64,000 nt of DNA. Source: an uncultured delta proteobacterium. Its GTDB lineage: Bacteria; Desulfobacterota; Binatia; UBA9968. The notes under the pieces are model-generated. The model was given only the letters and a program-made list of their open reading frames with translations, did no database searches and was not told the DNA's origin. The stretch covers positions 35,531 through 99,530 of the forward strand of contig CAWFJP010000010.1 of the NCBI GenBank assembly GCA_963816145.1, given 5' to 3'. How positions within the stretch are numbered: position 1 is the first letter of the stretch; every line of letters begins with the position of its first letter. The translations under genes and the position numbers were made by a program. This document shows positions 1-8,536 of the stretch, one piece after another.

Positions 1-5
1 ATCAG

Positions 6-1682
6 TTGGCCCTGCGCCAGGGCAGCTTGTTCCCATTGTGTGCCAGCGCGGTGGCCGGTGTGGTGATTCTTTCGCCGGTGGTGGTCGTCATGTGGCGCAG
101 CTTCACCAGTGGGAAATTAGGCTTCAACGTCGGCCTCAACTTGGCTAATTACCTCCGCGTCATTAACGACAAGGATCTTTGGCCGATGCTCTACAATTCG
201 CTGGTCTACGCCGGCGGCTCGGCGCTATTAGGAACCGGCATCGGGGCCATGTTGGCCTGGATTGTCGCGCGCACCAATACGCCAGGAAAAGCCTTGGTCG
301 AGCTCATGCCGCTCTATCCGCTGTTGATGCCGCCGATAATGAAAAACATCGCCTGGATTCTTCTGCTGGCGCCAAGGTCGGGGATCTTAAACGGGATGCT
401 CGATCAGTTTCTCGGGATTACTTATCCAGTCTTTAACGCTTTCACCATGGTGGGGATGATTTGGACCTTCGGCATCGCATGCGTGCCGTTGGGCTACTTG
501 TTCCTGCTCCCGGTGTTCTTGTCTTTCGATCCGTCGCTGGAAGAGAGCGCCTATATCGCCGGCAGCAAGCCGGTGAACACCATGCTGAAGATCACTTTCC
601 CGCTAGCGGTTCCGGCATTCGTTTCCGCTTTCGTGCTCAACTTTTTGCGCGCGTTGCGATCCTTTGAAACTCCCGTGCTCCAAGGGACTCCGGGCAACAT
701 TAAGGTGTTTGTCAGCCGCGTCTACGATTCCATGGCTTTGGAATTCAACACCGGGCTGGCGACCGCCTATAGTGTCGTGCTCGTCATCCTGTCGGTTATT
801 ACGCTCTATTTCTATGTTCGGGCGACGCGCTTCTCCGAGCGCTATGCGACGATCACCGGTAAAGGTTACCGAGTGAAAGTAATCGACATCGGCCCATGGA
901 AATATTTAACGTTTGCCGCTGTCTGTCTCTACTTTCTCGCCGGCATTGCGATTCCGTTCGTAGTGTTGATCATCGTCTCGATCATCCCTTATTTCGACTA
1001 CGATACCTTTATGAACTTTCCCGCCCAGATGAGCTTGAAGAATTATTCAACGGTATTGCGCCATGCGAGCTTCGTCAATGGATTGCGTAACTCGGTCTTG
1101 CTGGCGGTGACGATCGCTTTGGTGACCGTATTGGCGGGCATCGTCATGGCGTTTACGATTCACCGCACACGCGCGTTTGGCACCAAGATCTTTGAGTTCA
1201 TCGGCACGTTGCCGCTTGCTTTCCCGCCGCTAGTGCTATCGGTTGGCTTGGTGATCATTTTTCTTGGCACGCCGCTTTACAATAGCCTTTGGGCGCTGGG
1301 TTTGGGGCTGTTCGTGGCCTACTTTCCTTACGCATTTCGCAATGCATCGGGCGCCATCGTCAATATTCACAAGGAGCTGGACGAAGCTGCGTGGGTCCAC
1401 GGCGCGCGTTGGCGCCACGTATTTTTCAAAATTACCCTGCCGATACTCAAGCCAGCAGTGGGCGGCGCGCTGTTCTATATTTTTATCGAGGCGATCCGCA
1501 ACGTCGATGTTGCGGTGTTGCTGACGGCCCCCGGTTTGGAATATGGTCCGGTGACATTGTTCGAGTATTTTCGTGTCGGCCAATGGGCCGAGGCTGCAGC
1601 CGGTGGCGTGATCTATTTGATTATCTTGATCGTTGCCGTGTCTGTGGCTAAATTCGCATTCAAAATGAAGTTCAGCCTGTGA
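6..1682 (+). CDS. ABC transporter permease, FbpB/ThiP-like (two fused BPD_transp domains); true start may lie at or before the window edge
   Basis: About 12 hydrophobic segments; two EAA loops (LEESAYIAG, LDEAAWVHGA); directly upstream of an SBP. Confidence 0.9.
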   Translation: MALRQGSLFPLCASAVAGVVILSPVVVVMWRSFTSGKLGFNVGLNLANYLRVINDKDLWPMLYNSLVYAGGSALLGTGIGAMLAWIVARTNTPGKALVELMPLYPLLMPPIMKNIAWILLLAPRSGILNGMLDQFLGITYPVFNAFTMVGMIWTFGIACVPLGYLFLLPVFLSFDPSLEESAYIAGSKPVNTMLKITFPLAVPAFVSAFVLNFLRALRSFETPVLQGTPGNIKVFVSRVYDSMALEFNTGLATAYSVVLVILSVITLYFYVRATRFSERYATITGKGYRVKVIDIGPWKYLTFAAVCLYFLAGIAIPFVVLIIVSIIPYFDYDTFMNFPAQMSLKNYSTVLRHASFVNGLRNSVLLAVTIALVTVLAGIVMAFTIHRTRAFGTKIFEFIGTLPLAFPPLVLSVGLVIIFLGTPLYNSLWALGLGLFVAYFPYAFRNASGAIVNIHKELDEAAWVHGARWRHVFFKITLPILKPAVGGALFYIFIEAIRNVDVAVLLTAPGLEYGPVTLFEYFRVGQWAEAAAGGVIYLIILIVAVSVAKFAFKMKFSL

Positions 1683-1726
1683 ACTTTCGTCAAATTAACG
1701 AATTGAAGGACAAAAGGGAGGGGAGA

Positions 1727-2893
1727 ATGCAAAATCAATCATCGGTGCTGATGGCGCTCGCGCTGTCCGCAAGTGTTGTTCTCGGCATGGCGCAGGCCGC
1801 GGAGAAAGCTCCAACTAAAGAAACGGTGAAGCCGGCTCCCGCGGCAGTCCCGGCTAAAAAACCGGCCGGGGGTCAACAGGTTAAGCGAGAAACCGCAGCG
1901 GCGGGCGCAACGGCAGCGGCGGCAAAGGCGTACGCGCAAGTGGCCGCTGAGCTTTATCCGAAAGCGAAACAAGAAGGAAATTTAGTCGTTTACTCGGTCT
2001 GGGATGTCGAACATCTCAAAGTCATCACGGACGCGTTTATGAAACGCTTTCCAGGGATCAAAGCGACCTACTGGCAGGGACGCAACCCGGAAATCGTCAC
2101 CAGGGCTTTGACCGAGTTCCAAGGAGGCCAAGCGAGTTGGGACGTGGTGCTGTCGGACAACGCGCCGCCGGTTATCAGAGCTGCCGGCGCGATCATGGAT
2201 TACAACACAGTGCAGCGCGATGTGTTGTATCTACACGATCCCAACATGGCGACGGTGAGCTTGCAGATTCAAGCGCTCGCTTACAATACCAAAAAAATGA
2301 AACCTGCCGATATGCCCAAGAGCTGGGAAGAAGTTGCCAATCCGAAATACAAAGGGATGGTTGCGCTGGATGATCCGATGCGAGCTGGACCGTTAAGCTC
2401 GATGTTGTCCGGATTGAAGACGCAGTGGAACGACGACAATCGCTTCAACAATTTCGTCAAAGGCTTGAAAGCGCTCAACGTTCCCGTGCACAAAAGCACG
2501 AGTGCCATGTTTCGCTTGGTGATCTCGGGCGAGTACCCGATCTGTATGCCTGCGTTGTTGCACGACGTAATGGAAGAAATGGGTAAGGGCACTCCTGTGG
2601 CCTATGTCAAAACTGTGCCTCCCGTGGTATTTCCACGCCAAGCGGGAATTTATGCTAAAGCGCCGAATCCTAATACCGCGAAGCTATTCGCCGAATGGTT
2701 GATTTCGGATGAAGGACAGAAAACCATCGATTCCGTCGGACGGGAATCGTCGCGCAATGATTTCAAGTCGCATACGTCGATCGAAGCGGCCTACGGCAAA
2801 GCCATGAAGCCGCTGCCGGTGACCGACCAGCAGTTTCTGGGTGATCCCAACTCTTGGCTGAATAAGTACGTAAAGCCGGTCTGGGAAGGATAG
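1727..2893 (+). CDS. ABC transporter substrate-binding protein (FbpA/AfuA-like)
   Basis: Purine-rich SD (GGGAGGGGAG) before ATG 1727; signal peptide; AKQEGNLVVYS, YNTK..PKSWEE..PKYKG and APNPNTAKLF motifs. Confidence 0.88.
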   Translation: MQNQSSVLMALALSASVVLGMAQAAEKAPTKETVKPAPAAVPAKKPAGGQQVKRETAAAGATAAAAKAYAQVAAELYPKAKQEGNLVVYSVWDVEHLKVITDAFMKRFPGIKATYWQGRNPEIVTRALTEFQGGQASWDVVLSDNAPPVIRAAGAIMDYNTVQRDVLYLHDPNMATVSLQIQALAYNTKKMKPADMPKSWEEVANPKYKGMVALDDPMRAGPLSSMLSGLKTQWNDDNRFNNFVKGLKALNVPVHKSTSAMFRLVISGEYPICMPALLHDVMEEMGKGTPVAYVKTVPPVVFPRQAGIYAKAPNPNTAKLFAEWLISDEGQKTIDSVGRESSRNDFKSHTSIEAAYGKAMKPLPVTDQQFLGDPNSWLNKYVKPVWEG

Positions 2894-2919
2894 TCGGCTT
2901 TTCAGCGGATTCAGTGACG

Positions 2920-2959
2920 GGGGAGCTTGCGGTTGATCTAACGCGAGCTCCCCTTTTTT
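2920..2959 (+). terminator. Rho-independent terminator
   Basis: GGGGAGCTTGCG...CGCGAGCTCCCC stem followed by TTTTTT. Confidence 0.8.
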
Positions 2960-3143
2960 GTTTGTATCCGGCGGATCACCGTGCGGTTTTGGGGTGCATT
3001 CTCTAGAAAAACGTGAATCGGTATGTTAGTTTCAGCGGACCTGTTAGAGCGTTTGGCTCCATGCGTCGTATCCGTCAAGACCAATAGCGAAAAGATGCAT
3101 GTTTTCTGGCGGCGATTGCCAGATCTTGAACTTGGACCGGCAC

Positions 3144-3234
3144 GGAGAGATGGCCGAGTGGTCTAAGGCGCACGCCTGCTAAGCGTGTGTACCCCAAAAG
3201 GGTACCGAGGGTTCAAATCCCTCTCTCTCCGCCA
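3144..3234 (+). tRNA. tRNA-Ser(GCT)
   Basis: GGAGAGA acceptor; anticodon arm CACGC-CT-GCT-AA-GCGTG; long variable arm; GGTTCAAATCC; encoded CCA. Confidence 0.97.
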
Positions 3235-3307
3235 TTTTGCCTTGCAATAGAGGCGATCCCAGATTCAAATTTCCCGAGTTGGAATTTGTAATCAAGGACT
3301 TAAGAAG

Positions 3308-3384
3308 GCGCCCGTAGCTCAATTGGACAGAGCACCAGACTACGAATCTGGGGGTTGGGGGTTCAAATCCCTCCGGGCGCGCCA
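3308..3384 (+). tRNA. tRNA-Arg(ACG)
   Basis: GCGCCCG acceptor; CCAGA-CT-ACG-AA-TCTGG; T-loop GTTCAAATC; CCA. Confidence 0.97.
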
Positions 3385-3441
3385 ACCGAGCGCTTTCATT
3401 AATCGACATTATCTACCGCCAAGTTTGGAGGAGAGTTTCTT

Positions 3442-3723
3442 ATGTCGAAGTCTTCGTATATCCAATTCAACCGGCTTCTCTTGCTGCTCACCATCGCTAT
3501 TTCGGCTCCCGGTTGCGTTACCACTTCCGAGAAGGTCGCGCCGTTTCAAGCAACCAGCCAAGACAAGCCGAGCGGATTTTTCGACCGGATGATGGATAAT
3601 TTTTCTGAACGCGTTTGTAACGTCGGGAAGTTTACATGTCCGTACGGGTCAGGCTCCGCTGGAGAGCCTTGTGAGTGCGTTGGCCCGAACAACGTTGTCT
3701 ACAACGGTCGCACCGTAAAATAA
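3442..3723 (+). CDS. Small putative lipoprotein with C-terminal 4-Cys motif
   Basis: GGAGG SD upstream; hydrophobic signal with lipobox-like APG-C; CNVGKFTC..CEC. Confidence 0.65.
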   Translation: MSKSSYIQFNRLLLLLTIAISAPGCVTTSEKVAPFQATSQDKPSGFFDRMMDNFSERVCNVGKFTCPYGSGSAGEPCECVGPNNVVYNGRTVK

Positions 3724-3893
3724 CCCCGCCTGACATAGTTGTTGCGGTCGCGTCGTACATATTTCGTACTGTACAAGTCTCGCAAAAGTTGATTGGGCGC
3801 TATCCAGCGGATGTCCTGGCAATCGAAGTAATGAACCGCGCCGGCGATGGGGTGAGTGCTTTCATATTCTGGCATGTTTTTGTCTATCGATTG

Positions 3894-3908
3894 AGGCATG
3901 CTTGTTGC
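3894..3908 (+). promoter_or_regulatory. Putative sigma54 (-24/-12) promoter
   Basis: AGGCATGCTTGTTGC has GG-N10-GC spacing and lies 33 nt before ATG 3942. Confidence 0.45.
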
Positions 3909-3941
3909 GTTTAATGCACTTCTTCGGATGTCTAGGAATTC

Positions 3942-4346
3942 ATGGTTAACGGCCAAGACAAGAAGATTCTGATCGTCGAAAAGCAGCCCAACTACACGCA
4001 ACAGCTGGTCAAGCAAGTCATGTTTGCCGGGCTGTCGCCGGTGGTCGCTGTGACCGGTGAGGGAGGACTTCGCAAGGCGATCGAGCATCATCCAGACCTG
4101 ATTTTGCTCGAGCTCGATCTTACCGACATGGATGGACTGCGATTCGTTACCTTATTAAAAGAACGTGAAAGCCTTCAAAACATTCCTATTGTCGCCATGA
4201 GCATCGTCGGCCAAATGAAAGCTGCAGCGCTCAAGGGCGGCTGTAACGACTTCATGGGTAAGCCTGTGAAGATGATCGAACTAATGGCCCGTATCCGGCA
4301 ATTTATCTATGGGTCTCCCGGCGCACCGATGAAGTCACTGGGGTGA
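3942..4346 (+). CDS. Stand-alone response regulator receiver (DivK-like), atypical active site
   Basis: KILIVE, PDLILLEL..DMDG, IPIVAMS, GCNDFMGKP; Glu in place of the phosphoacceptor Asp. Confidence 0.85.
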   Translation: MVNGQDKKILIVEKQPNYTQQLVKQVMFAGLSPVVAVTGEGGLRKAIEHHPDLILLELDLTDMDGLRFVTLLKERESLQNIPIVAMSIVGQMKAAALKGGCNDFMGKPVKMIELMARIRQFIYGSPGAPMKSLG

Positions 4347-4886
4347 CGGTCCCGCGGCAGGCGGCAGTCCGTGGTGCTTCGTTCTCGCTGCTAGCGACGG
4401 CGCGCGTTAAGGGCATCATGCTGTCGGTCGCAGCGCCAGACCACCTAGCCGCCAATCACGCTCACGACTCGCGTGCCGACGACGATCACCAGCGTCTGGT
4501 TTGTTTGGCTGGGGGGCGCTGCATTCCATTTTCGGGCCACTGAAACTCGCTACCTGAGGTCGGCTGAGTACGGTCGCAGCTTTCTTCGCGGCAAGCGCAG
4601 CGGCTCCAGTTCACGTTGAGGATTGACGCAGCGTTGACGCGTTGCACGATTCTTGGTTTTCCCTTGGCGCGCATCGCCAACGGAGGTGCCCTCAAGGTCC
4701 CTGAAACACTCTGCCGGGTTAGACGAACCTCGGTCTGGCATTAAGTGAATTCGAGTCGATGGAACGCAGGACTTGTCGCGGGCATTGGAAAGAGGTAGTT
4801 AGTCCGCTAAGCGATTTGCCTTGCGTGAGATCTCGGGTTTGCGGTTTGGTGGCTAGGAAAATTTGTCGACCGAAAGGAGAACGATT

Positions 4887-5705
4887 ATGTCGATCATAAC
4901 CATCGCTCACGGGGCCTATAGCGGCGGTAATGCGATCGCCGATATCGTTGCCAAGACTCTCGGTTACCAATCCATCGATCGGGAGGTGTTGATTGAGGCG
5001 AGTAAGCGTTACGGGATTCCAGAAGCAAAGTATGTCGAAGTTCTCGAGGCCGAAAGCCGCTGGTGGGAGCGCTGGCGCGAGAGTCTGAGGCTCTACCGGA
5101 TCACCTTGCAGGCGGCGATGTGTGAAGTCGCTCAAGGCGGCCAATTGGTCTACCACGGCCGAGCCGGACAGCAGCTGCTACCTGGCATCGGTCATGTCTT
5201 GCGGGTGCTGATTGTCGCGCCAATGGACTATCGCATCGGCGTGGTGCGTGTGCAGAAGGGCATGGACGAGCAAAATGCGCGGCAGTTTATTCATGAACTC
5301 GATCGAGTGCGCGGCCGGCGTTTTCGCGCCTTGTTCAACGACGATTGGCAAGACCCTGTGGGCTACGATCTCGTGCTCAACAGTGGGCGGTTAAGCGCAG
5401 AAACTGCCGCGTCAATCATCGTCGAATTATCAAGGCACAGCGAGTTTCAACTGACGCCGAGTTCCAAGACAGCGTTCGATGATCTGACCACGACCGCACG
5501 AGTGCAAGCAGCGTTGATCACGTCGCAAAAGACTCGCAACGTGGTTCTGAACATTCGCAGTGAGGCCGGCCGGGTCAGTATCTCGGGGATTCTCGCCGAC
5601 CCGGAACTGGAAAAAGAGGTTGTGCGCATCGCCAAGACTGTGCCGGGAGTCGCTGAAGTTGTTACGGACATCGAGCCGCCGCCCATGGAATATATGCACC
5701 CGTGA
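4887..5705 (+). CDS. Cytidylate kinase-like family protein with C-terminal BON domain
   Basis: AGGAG SD; IITIAHGAYSGG, VYHGRAG, DPVGYDLVLNS; C-terminal GRVSISG..AKTVPGVAEV (BON). Confidence 0.85.
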   Translation: MSIITIAHGAYSGGNAIADIVAKTLGYQSIDREVLIEASKRYGIPEAKYVEVLEAESRWWERWRESLRLYRITLQAAMCEVAQGGQLVYHGRAGQQLLPGIGHVLRVLIVAPMDYRIGVVRVQKGMDEQNARQFIHELDRVRGRRFRALFNDDWQDPVGYDLVLNSGRLSAETAASIIVELSRHSEFQLTPSSKTAFDDLTTTARVQAALITSQKTRNVVLNIRSEAGRVSISGILADPELEKEVVRIAKTVPGVAEVVTDIEPPPMEYMHP

Positions 5706-5767
5706 AGTTTGGGTGCTTAGTTGTGAATATTTGACGTTACCGAGTGGTGTGGGCGTGGCTATTAGCA

Positions 5768-6265
5768 ATGACTGCTAGCGACGAAGAATTCATGCGCCTA
5801 GCACTGGCTCAGGCAGAGGAAGCCGCGCGCCAGGACGAGGTGCCGGTAGGTGCGGTGGTCGTTTGCAGTGGAACGGTTGTCGGCACCGGCTACAATCAAC
5901 GCGAGTCCTGCCAAAATCCTTTGTGCCATGCCGAAATCGCCGCCATCGACGCGGCGGCGAAGCGGTTGGGGAAGTGGCGCCTGAGCGACTGTTCGATTTA
6001 TGTCACTCTCGAGCCCTGCATCATGTGTGTCGGAGCGATTTTACAAGCTCGTTTCGCCAAGTTGGTGTTCGGTTGCCTCGATGCCAAGGCCGGTGCGGTT
6101 GAATCTCTTTATCGTTTATGTGAGGATCGACGCCTTAATCATCAACTCCCAGCGGTCGGTGGTGTGCTGGCCCACGAAACCGGAGTGATTCTGGCGGAGT
6201 TTTTTACACGCCTGCGAGCGCGTAAGCGCGAGTGCAAAATTGGGGAGAGGTGGCCGAGCGGTTGA
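5768..6265 (+). CDS. tadA: tRNA adenosine(34) deaminase
   Basis: DEVPVGAV, HAE, TLEPCIMC, DAKAGA, RLNH motifs. Confidence 0.95.
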   Translation: MTASDEEFMRLALAQAEEAARQDEVPVGAVVVCSGTVVGTGYNQRESCQNPLCHAEIAAIDAAAKRLGKWRLSDCSIYVTLEPCIMCVGAILQARFAKLVFGCLDAKAGAVESLYRLCEDRRLNHQLPAVGGVLAHETGVILAEFFTRLRARKRECKIGERWPSG

Positions 6266-6333
6266 AGGCGCTTGACTCGAAATCAAGTGTACGGGGAACC
6301 GTACCGGGGGTTCAAATCCCTCCCTCTCCGCCA
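6244..6333 (+). tRNA. tRNA-Ser(CGA)
   Basis: CTTGA-CT-CGA-AA-TCAAG; variable arm GTACGG/CCGTAC; CCA; 5' end overlaps the last 22 nt of tadA. Confidence 0.96.
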
Positions 6334-6489
6334 AAGTCCTTTCTTGCTGATCTCAAATGAAGTAGTTGCAATCCGGTGGTGCGCCAAGCACGATCCATGC
6401 GACCTACAGGACCGAGTCCTGTACCTGCGATCACCCCACGATTGGCCCCGAGCCAAGACAGTCAAATCTTTACCCTTGTACCACTCTAG

Positions 6490-6740
6490 AGCCAAGGGCG
6501 CCGACGAAATAATGCGTGTTGTAAGCCGGCGACTTGGCGTCAAAAACAAAGAGATCCTAGGGAAACAAGCACGGGATATGGGAAAATGAGCCGCGGCGTT
6601 GGAGACGTTTTGCCCGTACGGGCAGATGAACCAAGCGTCGAACGGGAAAGTGCTGGCGGGCTCGACCACACGACGGTGAGCCATGAGCGGAAGCGGGTGC
6701 AGGAGGGTAAGCGGCGTGGCAGCGCCCGCCTCTCATGTGC
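6490..6740 (+). pseudogene. Frameshifted remnant of a DnaA-C-like HTH, as found at the C-terminus of some Y1/RAYT-type transposases
   Basis: Fragments in different frames: EIMRVVSRRLGV..EILGK, ALETFCPYGQMNQASNGKVL, GGLDHTTVSHERKRV (compare DnaA GGRDHTTV). Confidence 0.45.
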
Positions 6741-7016
6741 CGATGCCGCAGAGTTCCGCTTACCTGCTAGCGCAGTCACAAGTTTATAAACGGCTGGTAC
6801 CCTAGGTGACCGGTGCGGTCAGCACGCAATTAGAACGGTCCATATAAATAACGTTCCGGTTCTGTGCCAAAACCGGATGTCAAACGGTAGCACTCCCTAA
6901 CCACCCCAAAATGAAAAAGCCTGGGAATCCAGGCACTTTCACACTGACAATCATTTCTTGATTTTTTATTTTAGGCCCCGTAAAAGCAATTTGACACCCT
7001 ACTATGGGCTGGGCTA

Positions 7017-8141
7017 GTGAGATTCCAGGGCGTCACCGCGCTCGCGGATTTGCCGACTTTGGCTTTGCGTATGACAGGATTAACCATGCATAATGCGAAG
7101 AATATGCATACTGCGAAGAAAACGCGCGGTTACCTCTATCGACTGACAACGATTGGGCTGTTGTTAGTGGCCTGGTTCTGTAGCACGCTATTCGTCCCTT
7201 CCCTCTTTGCCGCTGAAGCGAAGGACAAAGAACCGGAAGGCAAGGTGGTGTTCTACTCCACCATGGGCAATGAGCACTCGAAGATCTTTGCCAGTGCGTT
7301 TCGGCAACTTTACCCAAAGATTGAACCTGAGTTTTATTCGACAGGCTCAGCGCCATTGGCGGAGCGTGTTCTCAACGAAGCGCGCGGCGGCAGGCATTTA
7401 TGGGACCTGGTGATCACTACGCCGTTTTACACTCAACTTTTCATGAAGCGAGGTCTGCTCGCCGCCCACAATTCTCCGGAGCGGAAATTTTACCCAGATG
7501 GCTATAAGGACAGCAAAGGGCTGTGGACCTCGACTTATACTAACTACGCCGTCTTTGGCTACAACACCAAGCTGGTCCCGCAAGTTCGGGTCCCCAAGTC
7601 ACATGGGGATCTGCTCAAACCGGAATGGCGCGGCCAGGTCGGCATGGATGCTAGGCCCTACGAGTGGTTTGCCGCATTCGTGAATCACATCGGGGAAGAC
7701 AAAGGTTTGGCTTTCATGCGGGCGCTGGTGCAACAAGAACCGCAATTGCGCAACGGCCGTACTCTCGTCGGTCAACTGGTCGCTGCCGGGGAAAATGCCG
7801 GCTCGCTGACCGCTTTTTCACAGAATTTTGAGAACATGAAACTGAAAGGCGCGCCGGTGGATTGGGTGGCGCTCGATCCGGTGGTTGGTTATCTTCATCC
7901 GCTATCGCTTTCGGCAAAGGCGCCGCATCCGGTCGCCGGTAGGCTATTTATCGATTTCTTGTTGTCCGCCAAGGGCCAGGACATCATGCGCTCTTTGCAG
8001 CGCATCCCCGATCGCATCGACACTCTTCCCGACACGCGTCGGCTAGTGGAAGGTATCAAGCCAGTGTTTCCGTCGGCGGATGTGCTGGACAATTTGGATC
8101 GCTATATCAAACTTTTCGATACTATTTTTAAGCGGTCGTAG
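7017..8141 (+). CDS. ABC transporter substrate-binding protein (FbpA/AfuA-like); true start probably 20-30 codons downstream
   Basis: Signal-like segment; EGKVVFYST, GYNTKLV..PKS..DLLKPEWRG, APHPVAGRLF. Confidence 0.85.
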   Translation: MRFQGVTALADLPTLALRMTGLTMHNAKNMHTAKKTRGYLYRLTTIGLLLVAWFCSTLFVPSLFAAEAKDKEPEGKVVFYSTMGNEHSKIFASAFRQLYPKIEPEFYSTGSAPLAERVLNEARGGRHLWDLVITTPFYTQLFMKRGLLAAHNSPERKFYPDGYKDSKGLWTSTYTNYAVFGYNTKLVPQVRVPKSHGDLLKPEWRGQVGMDARPYEWFAAFVNHIGEDKGLAFMRALVQQEPQLRNGRTLVGQLVAAGENAGSLTAFSQNFENMKLKGAPVDWVALDPVVGYLHPLSLSAKAPHPVAGRLFIDFLLSAKGQDIMRSLQRIPDRIDTLPDTRRLVEGIKPVFPSADVLDNLDRYIKLFDTIFKRS

Positions 8142-8356
8142 CAGACGAAATGCGCCGATCGGCCACAAGTATCTATACCGCATGACCTTCTGATCGATTC
8201 AACCAAGTGCGTGATCTAGAAAAAAATATTCAAATGCCAGCGGAACAAAAATCCTTGGCCGCCGAGCGTAAATTTGGATTCGCGAACGCGAAAATTTTGC
8301 TCCCGAAGTGGTTGGACAAAAGCACTTTTACCTTGCGTTTATGAGCGCTACCGAAT

Positions 8357-8382
8357 CAAATCATCGGCGCCGATTGTCAAGT
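8357..8382. promoter_or_regulatory. Conserved 26-bp upstream box with palindrome ATCGGCGCCGAT (copy 1)
   Basis: CAAATCATCGGCGCCGATTGTCAAGT is identical at 17192-17217. Confidence 0.6.
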
Positions 8383-8449
8383 TTCGTTTACCGGAATTCT
8401 CTTTAAATTCCATCAATCTCCCAGAGCAAAAACCTCATACTTTCCAGCC

Positions 8450-8478
8450 TTGTCTTCAATGTTACGCAAGCGTATAAG
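8450..8478 (+). promoter_or_regulatory. Putative sigma70 promoter of the NRPS
   Basis: TTGTCT-N17-TATAAG; same arrangement (TTGTCC-N17-TATAAG) at 17288-17316. Confidence 0.6.
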
Positions 8479-8536
8479 CGCGATCATACATGGCTGGACG
8501 GCAGACAATGACTTAAATTCCCGTCGGCGAGGCATC

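Noticed and set aside
4350-4860. ncRNA or small ORF in the 500-bp gap
   Set aside because: No recognisable RNA motif or SD-supported ORF
6334-7016. Integrase for the island
   Set aside because: No ORF with tyrosine (R-H-R-Y) or serine recombinase motifs here or near 19400-20700
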